A stretch of DNA of 64,000 nt from Octopus vulgaris. Taxonomy: Eukaryota. Both the position numbers and the translations under genes were made by a program. Shown here in pieces: positions 14,843-28,526 of this stretch; the first letter of the stretch is position 1, and every line of letters starts with the position of its first letter. The stretch covers positions 20,708,001 through 20,772,000 of the forward strand of contig OX597829.1 of assembly GCA_951406725.2 (NCBI GenBank), given 5' to 3'. The notes below the pieces were generated by a model. It saw only the letters and a program-made list of their open reading frames with translations. It ran no database searches and had not been told where the DNA came from.

Positions 14843-15525
14843 CATCGGTGCAGCCATCTGGTTCGCCAGTCCTCAGTCAATTCGTTCAACCCATCCTAGC
14901 ATGGAAAGTGGATGTTAAACAATGATGATGATCCAGTAATCTTATTTTTATCACATGCTTTCATTGCACTACCGAGTGCAGCTCTGTGTGCCTTGGGTAT
15001 GTGCTGTGGTTTGTTTTGGTGTTGTTATTTTTGCAGTATTGAAAATACTTAACACAAGATCTGTGTGGTGCTTTAGTAATGCTATTTTCTGTATGTTATA
15101 TGATTTTAAATTTACACCTCTGAGATGGGAACAACAAACAAACTAGCCAGCCCTATATGTTCTGGTGGTTTTTAACGAATTATAACAAAAATTACAAAAA
15201 TAACCAACTCTGAAACATATGAACCAACAAACTTATGAGTGATGCAACAAGCATCTTCTCTTAGAACATCGTTGAATTTTTAAAAAATTCTATTTGAAAA
15301 AGATGTTGATTGACAGGGATGTGCTGTTCCTCAGAAAATTTGTTGAAAGGGAGCAGACCTACTCTAAGTTGGCACCTGATGGCTGAGAAGCATGGAGGAG
15401 AGAAGAGTACTTGTTGTGTTACTCTTGGTGAATAGGGAGGGCTTGGTATCTGTAGGGTTCCTTGGTGGCCCATGGGTGGCATTTCCCCCTCTCTCCTATT
15501 TAAGATTTTGTTTGTCAGGATGCTC

Positions 15526-15556
<31 letters not shown>

Positions 15557-16413
15557 CATGTAGGGGAAAATTTGATAAATTGTATGCCACGTAATAATTG
15601 ATACTGTTCTTAAAATAAATTCTTAGAAGATGGGAAATATTAAAAAAAAAATACTTGGAAGTTAACATGTAGACTAGTTCCTCTTTAGCTCTGCAATATT
15701 GTGCTCTGCCCACATGTTGCTCATGTAGTCTCTATATCTCTTACATAGTCCTATTGTCTTACATCTAACACCATGTTATTCTAAAAATCAACAGTTTTTA
15801 CTTTACTTATTTTTTTAGAAGAATGCTACTGTTATTTAGCCCTAGGAAACACCGTCTAGTCATAAGAAAATATTATCTTGCTCAGGTTGGTGACAGGAAG
15901 GGCATCCAGCTGTAGATAATCTGTCACACTGAATTTTCTCTGAGCCATCCAAATATTGAGAAGTGGTAGTTAAAATGTTGTTATTGATGATGTTCAGCTT
16001 CAAGGTTTTGCTTTTGTTTTTGTTTTTTGTTTTTTTTTTAAATTTCTGGCCCTTGCTGTTCTATTGATGTCTACTTTGCTTTCACTCTGTCTGACAACTG
16101 TTTGTGTGTGTGTCTCTCTCTCTCTCTTTTTTTTTTCTCTCTTCAATTAACTGATAAAAGAAATACCTGTAATTTGCTGAAGTAACAAGGCAATTAGTCT
16201 TACGCATTCCCTTGTCTATCTCTTCAGAATTTTTTTTTCCTGACTGTCTATAGATGCAGTCATGTCTGTGTGGTAAGAAATTTGTTTCCCAACTGCATGG
16301 TTCCAGGTTCAGTCCTGTTGTGTGTCACCTTGGGCAAGTGTCTTCTTCTATAACCTCAGGCCAACCAAAGCCTTTTGAGTAGATTTAGTAGATGGAAACT
16401 AAGAGAAGCCCAT

Positions 16414-16504
<91 letters not shown>

Positions 16505-18060
16505 TCCACCTTCTCTCTCTTTTCATCTGTCCCTTTCTCCTGTCTTTTGTTCTCACGTGACCGCTAGCCGCTGTTGAGCGCTCTTTTCGTTTCAGCAGTC
16601 GCAGAAGCAACACGTATTTGTTCGTCTCCCCGCGGCCATTAGGCACAACTTCACAAGCCAGCCCCATACTTAACTCGTCCTGTCGAAAGACCCTTGTCCT
16701 ACGTCCTGGTTTTGTTTTGTTGTTTATTTTTTATTATTTTTTATTTTTACCGTTATTGTTTTTACGTTTTTGCATTCTTATTGGTGTCACGTATTCTGTA
16801 TTTTTGTTCGTGTACTTCGTTCGTTTTCCGTCCTCGTGTTGTATACATTCGAAGCTTTCTTCCAGGGGATCTAATGCGCTTGGCTTAGATTTCCCTTGGC
16901 TGGCTGGCCATATCGGAGCAATCTCAAGATTAATCAGCCGAAATTGCTAAGATGATCTGGTTCTTGACTGATGACTGAGGGCTTCGAATGTCCCGTCCTG
17001 TGGTTCTTGTGTCGTCTCTGTGGTGTTTCATGTTCTTGTCCATGTCTGTAATTATTTTTACTGTTTACCTATATATATATATATATATATATATACATGT
17101 GTGTGTGTATCTTTGTGCCTGTGTTTTCTGCCATCACTGCTTGACAACCAGTGCTGGTGTGTTTACATCCCTGTAACTTAGCAGTTCAGCAAAGTGAATG
17201 ATAGAATAAGTACCTGGCTTTTAGAGAAAAATAATAAGTATTGGGGGTCAGTTCATTCAACTAAAGATTCTTCAAGGACGTGCTCCAACATGGCCACAGT
17301 CTAATAATGAGTGAAACAAGAAAAAGTAAAAGGGAAAAAAAAACTGAATAAATGTCTTAAATATTATCAAAGTAAGCAATTACAATATTTGTAATTAGTG
17401 TCTCCCTTGATGTAAGTTTTACTCGTTAGTGTGTCTAATGAATTCATTTAGAGTTGCAGAAAAACGCTGTGTCAAATTACGCATGTACTAGCATTTATTT
17501 TCCTCTCTCAACATTCCAAGTCCAAATATTACTAGGGGTGTGTTTCCCTTTCATTCTTCCCTACTCCCTACTAGGCATCCGTAAAATTAGCAGCAGCAGC
17601 AGTGCTAGAAGAGAGCCTCTATTCAGTCTCAGATTATATTTGTCTAAAAATGTGCAGCCTTGTGCTACTATCAGGAATTATTGCATCATCAGCATCAGCA
17701 TCAGCATCCATTAATGTCCATTTTCCATGTTGGCATCTGTCAGACCAGTACATTCTAATTAATGCATATCTAATTGATACGTATTTAATAATTACATATT
17801 TAATCAAAACAAGTGTGGCATCTATATTGTTGCTTAAAGTACTAGAAATAGCAGCTATATATATTACTCTCTTTTACTCTTTTACTTGTTTCAGTCATTT
17901 GACTGTGGCCATGCTGGAGCACCGCCTTTAGTCGAGCAAATTGACCCCAGGACTTATTCTTTATAAGCCTAGTCTCTTATGCTGAACTGCTAACTTACGG
18001 GAATATAAACACACCAGCATCGGTTGTCAAGCGATGTTGGGGTCGGGGACAAACACACAC

Positions 18061-18098
<38 letters not shown>

Positions 18099-18145
18099 TG
18101 AAATAGAAAGATGAATAATCTTGTTGCAGATTAATCAAAAGTTTC

Positions 18146-18225
18146 TTCCTGAAGAGAAAGACACAATATGGTCTCCTTATTCAATCGGAATTTGGTAAAT
18201 TGTGCCTTTCGAAACACATGTAGAA
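18146..18225 (+). ncRNA. Minimal type I hammerhead motif in a ~190-bp (TA)n-flanked element
   Basis: UUC-CUGAAGA-GAAAGACACAAU...AUUGUGCCUUUC-GAAAC ACAU GUA-GAA. Confidence 0.7.
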
Positions 18226-18279
18226 TGCAATAAAACGATTTCTGTTCAATCTTCGTTCAACTCCATTTCTTCAATTCAC

Positions 18280-18333
<54 letters not shown>

Positions 18334-19180
18334 TACATATATACGACAGGCTTCTTTCAGTTTCCGTCTACCAAATCTACTCACAAGGCTTTGGTCAGCC
18401 CGAGGCTATAGTTGAAGACACTTGCTCAAGGTGCCACACAGTGGGGACTAAACCCAGAACCATGTGGTTGGTAAGCAAGCTACTTACTACACAGCCACTC
18501 CTACGCCTATATATATATTTGTATTTTCAAATATTTATGAAATTCTTCAATACTGGTTCATGGCTGTGTTGTTATGAAGATTTACTTCACAACTACGTCT
18601 TTTCAAGTTCAAATCAACTGTGTGGCACCTTGGGAAAAGCTACCATAGCTTTAAGTCAGCTATGGTCTGGCCAGCGATATTCAGCACCTTAGGCACTCAG
18701 AGGAACCATTCTTGTTCTGGGACTGAGAAACTGAAGCTGATGACTGATTTTGCACCATCAGCACCTGGTTCTTTGGTGTCTTTGACTGGGTCTGCTCTGC
18801 TGTAAACATTTTTAGTCTAGATTTTCAGTTTGAGAATAACTTCTTTCGACAAGTTTTGGGGACCCTGAAAAGGGACCAGAGTTTGCTATTGTTTCTCTTC
18901 TGACTATAAATATACGGAAATAGAAAAATTATGACATATGCTTTCAGTTTGAGCTAAATCACATTGGATAAATTTACTGTAACTTGAAGGGGTGGATTAA
19001 CACTTGTAGAATGGATTTAACTTGTTAGAGGGGTGGATTTAGCAACTTGTGGGATGAATTTGATGGGGTAGATTTAACAACTTATAGGTGTAAAGTTGAC
19101 AATTTTTGGAGGTGGATTTGACAATAATTTGTTGGGAATGGATAAGGGATTTAATAACTACTGGTTGGATTTGGCAGCTT

Positions 19181-19452
19181 GTTGGATGAATGGCTTTAAC
19201 AACTTATGGGATGGATTTGACAATTTGTTTGGTAGATTTAATATCTCACTGGATTTGTGGATTTGATAATCTGTGGAGTGTTTTTAAACTATAAACACAC
19301 TTTAATCTGCTTACTGTTGGATGAATGGCTTTAACAACTTATGGGATGGATTTGACAATTTATTTGGTAGATTTAATATCTCATTGGATTTGTGGATTTG
19401 ATAATCTGGAGTGTTTTTAATCTATAAACATACTTTAATCTGCTTACTGTTG
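19181..19452 (+). repeat. Tandem duplication of ~135 bp ending just before the 19461 acceptor
   Basis: GTTGGATGAATGGCTTTAAC...CTGCTTACT occurs twice. Confidence 0.85.
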
Positions 19453-19460
19453 CCTTGTAG

Positions 19461-19574
19461 TTGATCGTGACTGTGAAACTAATCCATGTGAAAATGGTGG
19501 CACATGTGTAATTGCAGCAAATGGAGTGTCTTGTATTTGTGCTCCTGGCTGGACTGGATCTTTGTGTGAAACTG
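19461..19574 (+). CDS. JAG1: Jagged exon, EGF4-like (DRDCETNPCENGGTCVIAANGVSCICAPGWTGSLCET)
   Basis: 114 nt, phase 1-1, tgtAG/GTatgt. Confidence 0.92.
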
Positions 19575-20160
19575 GTATGTAAATAATATTATGAACTCAC
19601 TTCATCTCATCACTAAATATGCTTTGTTGTTATTGTTATTGTTGTTTTGCTTGTTATTACGTATGGAGTGCAGGTTACATTCTCGAAGGGAAATAACCTT
19701 GTTTTGACCTTGGATTTACTGTAATCACAGGGAGTTAGCAAGATGTATGAACATTTAATGTGGTTTTAGAGTCAAGTTTTGACTGCTATTTCCAGTGTGC
19801 TGGTGTCTCTTAGATACCCTAAATTATAATTTTGAATAATTATATATATAATATGTATAATATATATATTATTTAAAGCAGCAGAAAATTCAACAAAACC
19901 TGTTACTCTGAGTTTCACGTTCCCGTTTGTCGGACGCTGCTTTAAATAAAGCATATTACTCTACCACTGGTATTTGAGTACTCTTTTTTCCACCTTGTTT
20001 CACATTTATGTGTTTACTCCGGTATATATATATATTATACATATTATATATGTGATGTGTGTGTATATGTAATATGCTGTATCCCTCTTCTCCAAGAGTG
20101 GGCCTTGTGTTTAGTTTAAAAAGAAATGAATATATTTATTGCATTAATCTAAATTAACAG

Positions 20161-20388
20161 ATATTGACGAGTGTGCATCAAACCCATGCATGAATAATGG
20201 CTGGTGTGAAGATCAAGTTAATGGATACAAATGCCATTGTCGTCCTGGCTGGCAAGGGGCTCAGTGCCAGCTAGATGTCGATGAATGCAAAGACAGCACC
20301 TGTGTGAATGCAATCTACTGTCGGAATCTTCAAGGTAGCTATGAATGTCAGTGCCAGGCAAGTTGGACTGGGAAAAACTGTGATATGA
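20161..20388 (+). CDS. JAG1: Jagged exon, EGF5+EGF6 (IDECASNPCMNNGWC...WTGKNCDM)
   Basis: 228 nt, acAG/GTaagt, two calcium-binding EGF consensus repeats. Confidence 0.95.
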
Positions 20389-21052
20389 GTAAGTATACAT
20401 CTTGGACTGTTTCATCTTAGGAGTATTATCCAAAGCTAATAACCTTTTTTTTTTTTGTACACTTGTGTGTATGGGGGGGTACTTGCATGTGTGTACATGT
20501 GTGTGAGTATATTTATGTGTCCGTGTCTATTTGTGTGTGTGAGCATGTGTGCATGCGAGTGTGTTTGTGCGTGTGCGACTGTATGCATGTGTGTGCATGA
20601 GTGTTTGTATACATGTGTGTGTGTAGTGTGAGAGAGAGAGAGGGAGGGAGGGAGAGAGGCTGACTATGAGAATGAAAGAGAGAGAGAAAGAGCAGTTGTA
20701 CTTATGCACTGGAGTTGTACATACATAAGTATTTAAATACTTGTTTGTGAAAACAGAATCTTAATTAATTATTTAATCTGCATTTCTAATTAAGATTTTT
20801 GGTGGTAAATTAATCAATGTATTAGTTCCCATTATTTTCCAATGTTACCTTATAAAGTATATTTCTAATAAATCTAAGTTGTTTTTTTCCGTTTTGCTTT
20901 TTTCTTTTTTCTTTCTTTTTTTTTTGCTTGTGATGATGATGATGATGATAATGATAAATTCTCTTCCGTTGTCATTTCTTGCTCTTTTAGGCCAGATGAC
21001 CACATATGGAATAAGCTTTCTAATATTCTCTCAACTGTTTCTTCTCTTGCAG

Positions 21053-21099
21053 ACATCATTGATTGTGTTGGTCAGTGTCACAATGGTGCTACATGCGTT
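21053..21099 (+). CDS. JAG1: Jagged exon, EGF7 N-half (IIDCVGQCHNGATCV)
   Basis: 47 nt, ttgcAG/GTgagt. Confidence 0.9.
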
Positions 21100-21997
21100 G
21101 TGAGTTTACATCTTGGCATTTTTATTTTTTAAATTTAAAAAATTTTTTGTTTCATATTTAATGCTCAGCACAGTGACTGTGGCTGTCATTGGTGTTTGAC
21201 TCAGGGTGGTCACCTAAACAGTCATGCATGATGTAAGGCTTTCCAACTGGGACTATTCTGTCGAGTTTTTTTTTCTAGGGGCATCCAAGAGTAGGTTGAG
21301 ATTTTGCTGCTGTTTCTAGCAGTTCAAGAAGCAACTGCATTGTGGCTTCTTCATTGCATCAATAACAGTGAGGCTTATTGGGCTGGACTGTTGACCACAT
21401 GGGCATGAGTTCAAACCTCTTCTAATGCACCCTTCATGAATGAGTGTCAGTCTCTTTGTTCCAGTTTACCTGGCTAAACAAAATAAAAAAGTAAATAAAT
21501 AGAAGCAGGTCCCACATTTCCTGTTTGACCATAAAGTGATAAGAAGGACAGCTTATATATATATATATATATATATATGTTTTTGTATCTGGTTTGCAAG
21601 ATTCTTCATGTAAATTCATGCATTGAAACAAATTTTGTTGCATCTGGGGAGAGTCATATTGTCTTAATGGCTTAAAACACACTCACTGGTTCCATTTCCA
21701 CTCATTATATTTTTTCTTCCAAAATTTTCATTACTTTTGCATCCTTGTCAATGGATGTTGACTCTGTCCATTATTGAAGCTGCATTTACATATATATATA
21801 TATATATATATATAGATAGATATAGATAGATAGCTATATATTTATATATGATAATGAAGGTGGCTAGGTGGCTATCTGCAATATAAAATCAAAAAGCAAA
21901 AATTCAATTGCCACTAATTGTATGTCTGTATGTATGTATATATGTATTTATAAATGTATATATGTATCTATATGTGTAACATTGTTGTTGTTTGTAG

Positions 21998-22171
21998 AAC
22001 CTTGTGAATGATTACCGTTGTCAGTGCAGACCAGGCTTTACAGGGCGGCACTGTGATGCAGCGATAAATGGGTGCCATAGCCTACCTTGTCTAAATGGAG
22101 GTGTATGTCACGACCTTAACGATGGCTTCAGGTGTGAGTGTCCCTCAGGCTATGTTGGTTTGCAGTGTCAG
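21998..22171 (+). CDS. JAG1: Jagged exon, EGF7 C-half + EGF8 (NLVNDYRCQC...GYVGLQCQ)
   Basis: 174 nt, tgtAG/GTaggt. Confidence 0.95.
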
Positions 22172-23377
22172 GTAGGTGCCATCTTCTAACTCTAGTCTAC
22201 TCACAAACAATCTTCTTGTACCTTTATACACACAAGCGCTCAGCTATGAGTGATGGTGGTGGTCATGGCAGCAGCTGTTGTTGTTTCATGGACATTCATC
22301 TTAGTTTGTGTCAAGCCTCACCAGAAATGTTCAATAAAGATCTCAATGAATTGTTAAAAGAAAGCATCTTGATTTTTGTATCTGGTTTGTAAGATCTGTT
22401 ATTTGAATTCATGTATTGAAACAAATTTTATTGTGTCTAAGGGGAGCCATTTTGCCAATATAATTAACACAAACACTGGTTCAGTTTCATTCCTTCATTT
22501 GTCAATTGGTTAAATAACCAACTAACTAATTGATTACTTAATTTGTTTTGTCTTTGTTTGTGAAAGAATCTTTCATTGCTACCTGCAACCTATTGAACAG
22601 GACCAGTGCATGTGTTAATTATATTTGCATAATGTCTCTCCGTAGACACAACAAGAGGCATATCTTGATTTATTGAAGAAATTGAAGAATTGGAAGAATG
22701 GAAAATACGAAAGAGAGAGCTGGAGACTTGTGGGGATCTTAAATTAGAGGGATCTAAAATAATGAAGATTGATAAGAATTTGCTTGAAAAAGATTATTAC
22801 AGAAATCTGTCTAATTCACTTCATCATTAACTCTTTTGATATCGACCTGCTTGAGATCAGCTCTGTTTCTATGAGACAACATCCTTGTTTTAAAGTCATC
22901 TAAGTTAAAAGTTCCTTCTATCAAAATTTTGTCTTTAATTTATGTTCCAAACACCAACTTGATAATGACAAAGTTAATTTATAAAATTCTTCATTATTTT
23001 CATAATTAATTGAAATAATAATACAGTATTTCAACAAATATGGTAACAAAAGGCTTAAAGTGATCTAGATAAAAACCTATCAAAATATCATGTTATGTTC
23101 CAAACTCCAACTTGATAATAAGAAAGTTATTTTATTAAATTGTTTGTTATCTTCAAAATCAATTAAAATGAAAAGCAGTGTATTTCAATTGAAATATGGT
23201 AAAGATTAAGGATATAATTTTAGAATCTGTGGATATTTTTCTGTTGTAATGAGTGTCTTTGATTATTTACTTCTGTTTTTTTTTTATTTCTAAACCAAAT
23301 AATGCTATTCTTTGTAAATATAAATTCTTTAAAAACCAAAATGAATTCATACAATATTACTTTATTTCTATTACTAG

Positions 23378-23528
23378 ATTGCTATCAATTTGTGCCAACA
23401 AAACCCTTGCAGATCTGGTTCTACATGTTATGATATGCGAGGAGATTTCTACTGCCATTGTCAGCCTGGTTTTGAAGGAAAAACTTGTGAAAAAAAGAAG
23501 AAAATTTGTCCAAATGGTTCTTGTGAAG
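23378..23528 (+). CDS. JAG1: Jagged exon, EGF9 + start of EGF10 (IAINLCQQNPCRSGSTC...CPNGSCE)
   Basis: 151 nt, actAG/GTtagc. Confidence 0.93.
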
Positions 23529-23643
23529 GTTAGCTTCAAGTTTGTCCATTTCTTCTACTTGCCATTATCTTCCATTCAGGTCATGGTTTCCCATTTAAAA
23601 GCCAACCATTTTTTTCCCCAAATATATTGTACTTCATATTCAA

Positions 23644-23718
23644 GGCTCTGATGAAGCTATGATGCATTATTCAAACACTCGTCTAATCTTTCCACTGTAG
23701 TAGAAACAGCTGTAAGCT
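23644..23718 (+). ncRNA. Minimal hammerhead motif (same family as 1348-1428)
   Basis: GGCU-CUGAUGA-AGCUAU...GUAGUA-GAAAC AGCU GUA-AGCU. Confidence 0.55.
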
Positions 23719-23817
23719 ATTGTATTTCATAAGATTATCATTTATTCCTTTGTCATCTTTCTTGTGTGTGTGTGTGTGTGTGTGTGTGTGAGTGTGTGTG
23801 TATGTGTGTGTGTGTGA

Positions 23818-23848
<31 letters not shown>

Positions 23849-24002
23849 TTAGGTTCAGAAAATTTTATAAAAATACTTAGTAACTTTGTGGTGTTGGTGG
23901 TGGCAGTAAGAAACATGGTGGTGCTGATTGATGGTTCAAATAAAACTTTAAAAACCGGTCATTTCAAAAATTATTATTTCTTGTTCACCTGTTTATCAAC
24001 AG

Positions 24003-24167
24003 TTATTGACCAATGTACCATAACTGTTCCGTCCAACCGAACTAGTGGGGAGGTGCGTTCAATATCATCCAACATCTGTGGTAAACATGGAATTTGTCGA
24101 AGCCAGGCTGGAAGTCGTTTTGTATGTGAATGCCAGTCAGGCTACCAGGGAACATATTGTCATGAAA
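24003..24167 (+). CDS. JAG1: Jagged exon, interrupted EGF10 (IDQCTITVPSN...GTYCHE)
   Basis: 165 nt, aacAG/GTaaga; Jagged/Serrate-diagnostic insert. Confidence 0.95.
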
Positions 24168-24882
24168 GTAAGACATCAGAATTTTTTAAATATTTCTTTT
24201 TTTTTTCTTTTTTTCTTTATTTGCTGGTTTATGTCTTCACATTGTTTGTTGCATAGATTTATATGTAATAGTTTATTTGTCCAAACAGTTGTTTTCCACA
24301 ACTGAATGTTTTTGCTATGATTAAGCCATTTAGTGGTGAAGTAGCAAGATAAATCTTTGTCTTTCAAGCAGTCGGAGCTAACAGAGTTATGGGCCTTGTT
24401 CAGTGTGTATAACATGTGTAAAGCTCAACAATGCAGCCTATGGTTCAGTCCCACTACATGGTACCTTGGGCAAGTACCTTCTATAATAATCCTGAGCCAA
24501 CCAAAGCCTTCTCAATGGATTTGGTACGTGGAAACTGAAAGAAACCTGACATGTGTGCAAGTTGTGTTTGTGAAGGCGGCAAGCTGAGTTCAAATTCCAC
24601 CGAGGTTGACTTTGCCTTTCATGGGTAGTGGTGGTGGTGGGGTCGATTAAATAAGTACCAGTTACACACTGGAGTCGATGTAATTGACTTAATCCCTTTG
24701 TCTGTCCTTGTTTGTGTGTATACATATACATATATATATATATATATCTTTCTCTCCCTCTCTCTTTCTCTCTCATTTTAAAGTAGTTTTTTTTTTTTTT
24801 TGTCTTTTAACTAAAAATTGAATAATACGTTTATATATTTGTTGTGCAAGATTTTTTATGTGAAATCGTGTGTTGAAACAGA

Positions 24883-25189
24883 TATTGTTATATTTCGGAA
24901 TGGTCATTTTGCTAGTTTAGCCAATAAAAACACACGCACTATATATTTGGTGTTATTTTGCTTCAGTGATATTTATTTTTTACTTTAATCTTAATCTTAT
25001 TTCGGTCAGAGTTCTTTCGTCACACTCCTGTGACCGCATCACAGGAGTGTGACGAAAGAACTCTGGCCAAAATAAGATTAAGATTAATGTAAAAAATAAA
25101 TAACACTGAAGCAAAGTAACACCAAATATATAGTGCGTGTGTTTTTATTGGCTAAACTGGCAAAATTTGCATTCCGAAATATAACAATA
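24883..25189. repeat. Near-perfect palindrome, ~150-bp arms; same family forms a second palindrome at 35494-35738
   Basis: Arms fold back at about 25036. Confidence 0.9.
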
Positions 25190-25689
25190 AAAATTGAATA
25201 TTCATTGATAAGGAAGCCCTGTTCTGAAAAGTGGAGTTAGATTTCTTGCAAAACACTTTTTACCTGAGTCTTACCTAATGGCTTGACGAGACTTAAATAG
25301 GCTTTCAGGAGAAACTTGTGTTTGTGTGTATGCATGCATGCTTTTGTGTGTGTGTGGTTTTGATTCCCAGACTGGGCAGTGCCTCTGTGTTCTTGAGGAG
25401 GGGGTATTTTTTTCGTTTTGTTTTGCAATTACTTTGACATCTGACATGTGGCACACCACACCAAGCACCTGTACAAACAACACCAATTTGATTGAGGGGG
25501 ATGGAGGGAAAGTGTGAACTTAATGTGCAGCACAAATATTGGAGCACTATTAGAAAATCACCTGTGCAGATTGTATTCAGCAAAAAATTTCAGAACCCAC
25601 ATCTGTTATCTACAAAAGGAAGGCCCACCTACCCAACCATTCAAAATTCCAAACATTTCTCTATTTCCGTTTCTATTTTCTAATTTCAG

Positions 25690-25803
25690 ACATAAATGAC
25701 TGCTTGCAAAATCCATGTCGTAACCATGGGACTTGCATTGATGGAGTACAATCTTACCGGTGTGTTTGTGCACCGGGATGGGAAGGTAGTAGCTGTAGCC
25801 GCA
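25690..25803 (+). CDS. JAG1: Jagged exon, EGF11 ([37 protein letters not shown])
   Basis: 114 nt, ttcAG/GTgagt. Confidence 0.95.
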
Positions 25804-27110
25804 GTGAGTAACACTTTTTTTTTATGATTTATTATTTATTATTTTTATATTATTTTTGGCTGGCAGAATCATTAGCATGCTGGGCAAAATGCTCAGTGGA
25901 ATTTCATCCATCTTTACATTCTGAGTTCAAATTCTGCCGAGGTCAATTTTACCATACATCCATCATTTTGGGGTTGATAAAATAAGAACCACTTAAACAC
26001 TGGAGTTGAACAAAATTTCAGGCCTTGTGCCTTTAATAGAAAGAATTATTTTTTAGAATAAAAAAGATTGGATTATCAGATAAATTAGTTACTTTTTTTT
26101 TTTGTCCCATTTATCTTAATCCTTTCTTTCCAATGTTATTTGAATTAACACGAAAAATATTTTTATTGTTTTTTGTTTTTGTGGAGCTCTATTCTTCTAC
26201 AACTTTTGGATAAAGTTTTACTTCTTTTCAAACTGAAGTACCAAATAGAAAGAAAGAAAGCAAATTTATCTGATAACTCAATAATTATAAAAATAATACA
26301 ATTTTATAGACTAATCATAAAAATTAAGAATATAAATTCATTATGTAAATCTAAATTTTAATAATTTGGATAAAACAAATTAAAACATTTGTAATAATGG
26401 CTGCCGTGTAACATCTAAAGTGTTGTTCTGCAGTTTAGAGGTTACGCTTAACCATGCAAACCCCTTCCAGTTTGAAAGAAGCTTTTCTGTGGTGTAAGAA
26501 TCATATTTCTCTTTCAAGCCGATAAGGGAGTCACTACATGCTACAAAAGTAGCATCCAAATTTCCTCAGATAACACATTACCATCTGAGAAAAAGGAAGG
26601 ATAAGAAAAATTTCCAATTAAATCATCTGTCCAGCCATCTGTTTTCTTCACCCACTATTACTGGATGGGTCATGGAAGTAGAGTCCTCAAGTACCTCTTT
26701 CTTCATAGGGTCCTATGAGAAGCAACCATCATTAGACTCTCCAGCTGGATTCCCAAATGTGACTGATTGAGATTATGGACATTATCCAACCATCTCTTTC
26801 TTGTTCTACCCCACAAATCAGAGAAATAGTTGCTCAAACTGTAGATACTTGTAGACCTCTGAGTTATATGCACCTTGTCAAGTAACATTATTCCAAAATT
26901 TTAAAGATATATATATATATATATACTAAGCAATAAAGGGTTTGGCAACGAATTGCCTTACCACATACCGAATTTAGAAATAGCAGTCAAAGAGTTATAG
27001 CTATTTCTTCTACTAAAAGGGAGATCTCAGTAAAAACAGCAATTGGAAGGCAGACACAAACAGGTAAGAGGGAATGAATTGACGGCAATCTATCATACAA
27101 TTTTAAGTTA

Positions 27111-27211
27111 TCTACGGACGTACGTTTCGAAATCAAGTTTTTAGGAAAGCATAAGAATTAAATATTAAATAATTCTATCTTACCAAGAACTTCTTCTCTC
27201 TTCAGCGTAGA
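27111..27211 (-). ncRNA. Type I hammerhead ribozyme (inverted monomer)
   Basis: Near-exact reverse complement of the motif at 27933-28033. Confidence 0.8.
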
Positions 27212-27932
27212 ATACTATAATCATAAATGATTATATATTGAATTTTGAGATACTAGAAGGCATCAACTCAACTCAGTATCAGAGCGAGCTAGAATCCGCA
27301 ACTAGTATCACCAAATTCAATGTGTGAATGAAGAGATTGTGTCACCAGCCCCTTCCCACCCGCGTGTAGCCAAAACAAGATGCTGTGGTCATCTACTGAG
27401 ATAAAATATGGTTATCCGTAATAATGAAGGGTGAAATTAATTAATTTGGAATAATTATCAATAACACCAAGTAGTCTTCGGCATGTAAAAGCCTGTCTGC
27501 CTTCCAATTGCTGTTTTTACTGAGATCTCCCTTTTTAGTAGAAGAAATAGCTATAACTCTTTGACTGCTATTTCTAAATTCGGTATGTGGTAAGGCAATT
27601 CGTTGCCAAACACTTTATTGCTTAGTATTACTTAAATTTTCCTCGAATGAGGCTTTTACATGCCGAAGACTACTTGGTGTTATTGATAATTATTCCAAAT
27701 TAATTAATTTCACCCTTCATTATTACGGATAACCGTATTTTATCTCAGTAGATGACCACAGCATCTTGTTTTGGCTACACGCGGGTGGGAAGGGGCTGGT
27801 GACACAATCTCTTCATTCACACATTGAATTTGGTGATACTAGTTGCGGATTCTAGCTCGCTCTGATACTGAGTTGAGTTGATGCCTTCTAGTATCTCAAA
27901 ATTCAATATATAATCATTTATGATTATAGTAT

Positions 27933-28033
27933 TCTACGCTGAAGAGAAAAGAAGTTCTTGGTAAGATAGAATTATTTAATATTTAATTCTTATGCTTTCC
28001 TAAAAACTTGATTTCGAAACGTACGTCCGTAGA
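27933..28033 (+). ncRNA. Type I hammerhead ribozyme, intact core
   Basis: UCUACG-CUGAAGA-GAAA...(~70 nt helix II)...UUUC-GAAAC GUAC GUC-CGUAGA: 6-bp helix I, palindromic GUAC loop III, GUC cleavage triplet. Confidence 0.85.
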
Positions 28034-28526
28034 TAACTTAAAATTGTATGATAGATTGCCGTCAATTCATTCCCTCTTACCTGTTTGTGTCTGCCTTCCA
28101 ATTGCTGTTTTTACTGAGATCTCCCTTTTTAGTAGAAGAAATAGCTATAACTCTTTGACTGCTATTTCTAAATTCGGTATGTGGTAAGGCAATTCGTTGC
28201 CAAACCCTTTATTGCTTAGTATTACTTAAATTTTCCTCGAATGAGGCTTTTACATGCCGAAGACTACTTGGTGTTATTGATAATTATTCCAAATTAATTA
28301 ATTTCACCCTTCATTATTACGGATAACCATATTTTATCTCAGTAGATGACCACAGCATCTTGTTTTGGCTACACGCGGGTGGGAAGGGGCTGGTGACACA
28401 ATCTCTCCATTCACACATTGAATTTGGTGATACTAGTTGCGGATTCTAGCTCGCTCTGATACTGAGTTGAGTTGATGCCTTCTAGTATCTCAAAATTCAA
28501 TATATAATCATTTATGATTATAGTAT

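Noticed and set aside
16965-16995. CTGATGA in the TA-flanked element 16504-17068 as a hammerhead
   Set aside because: There is no convincing helix II and no GAAA; the element is left unclassified.
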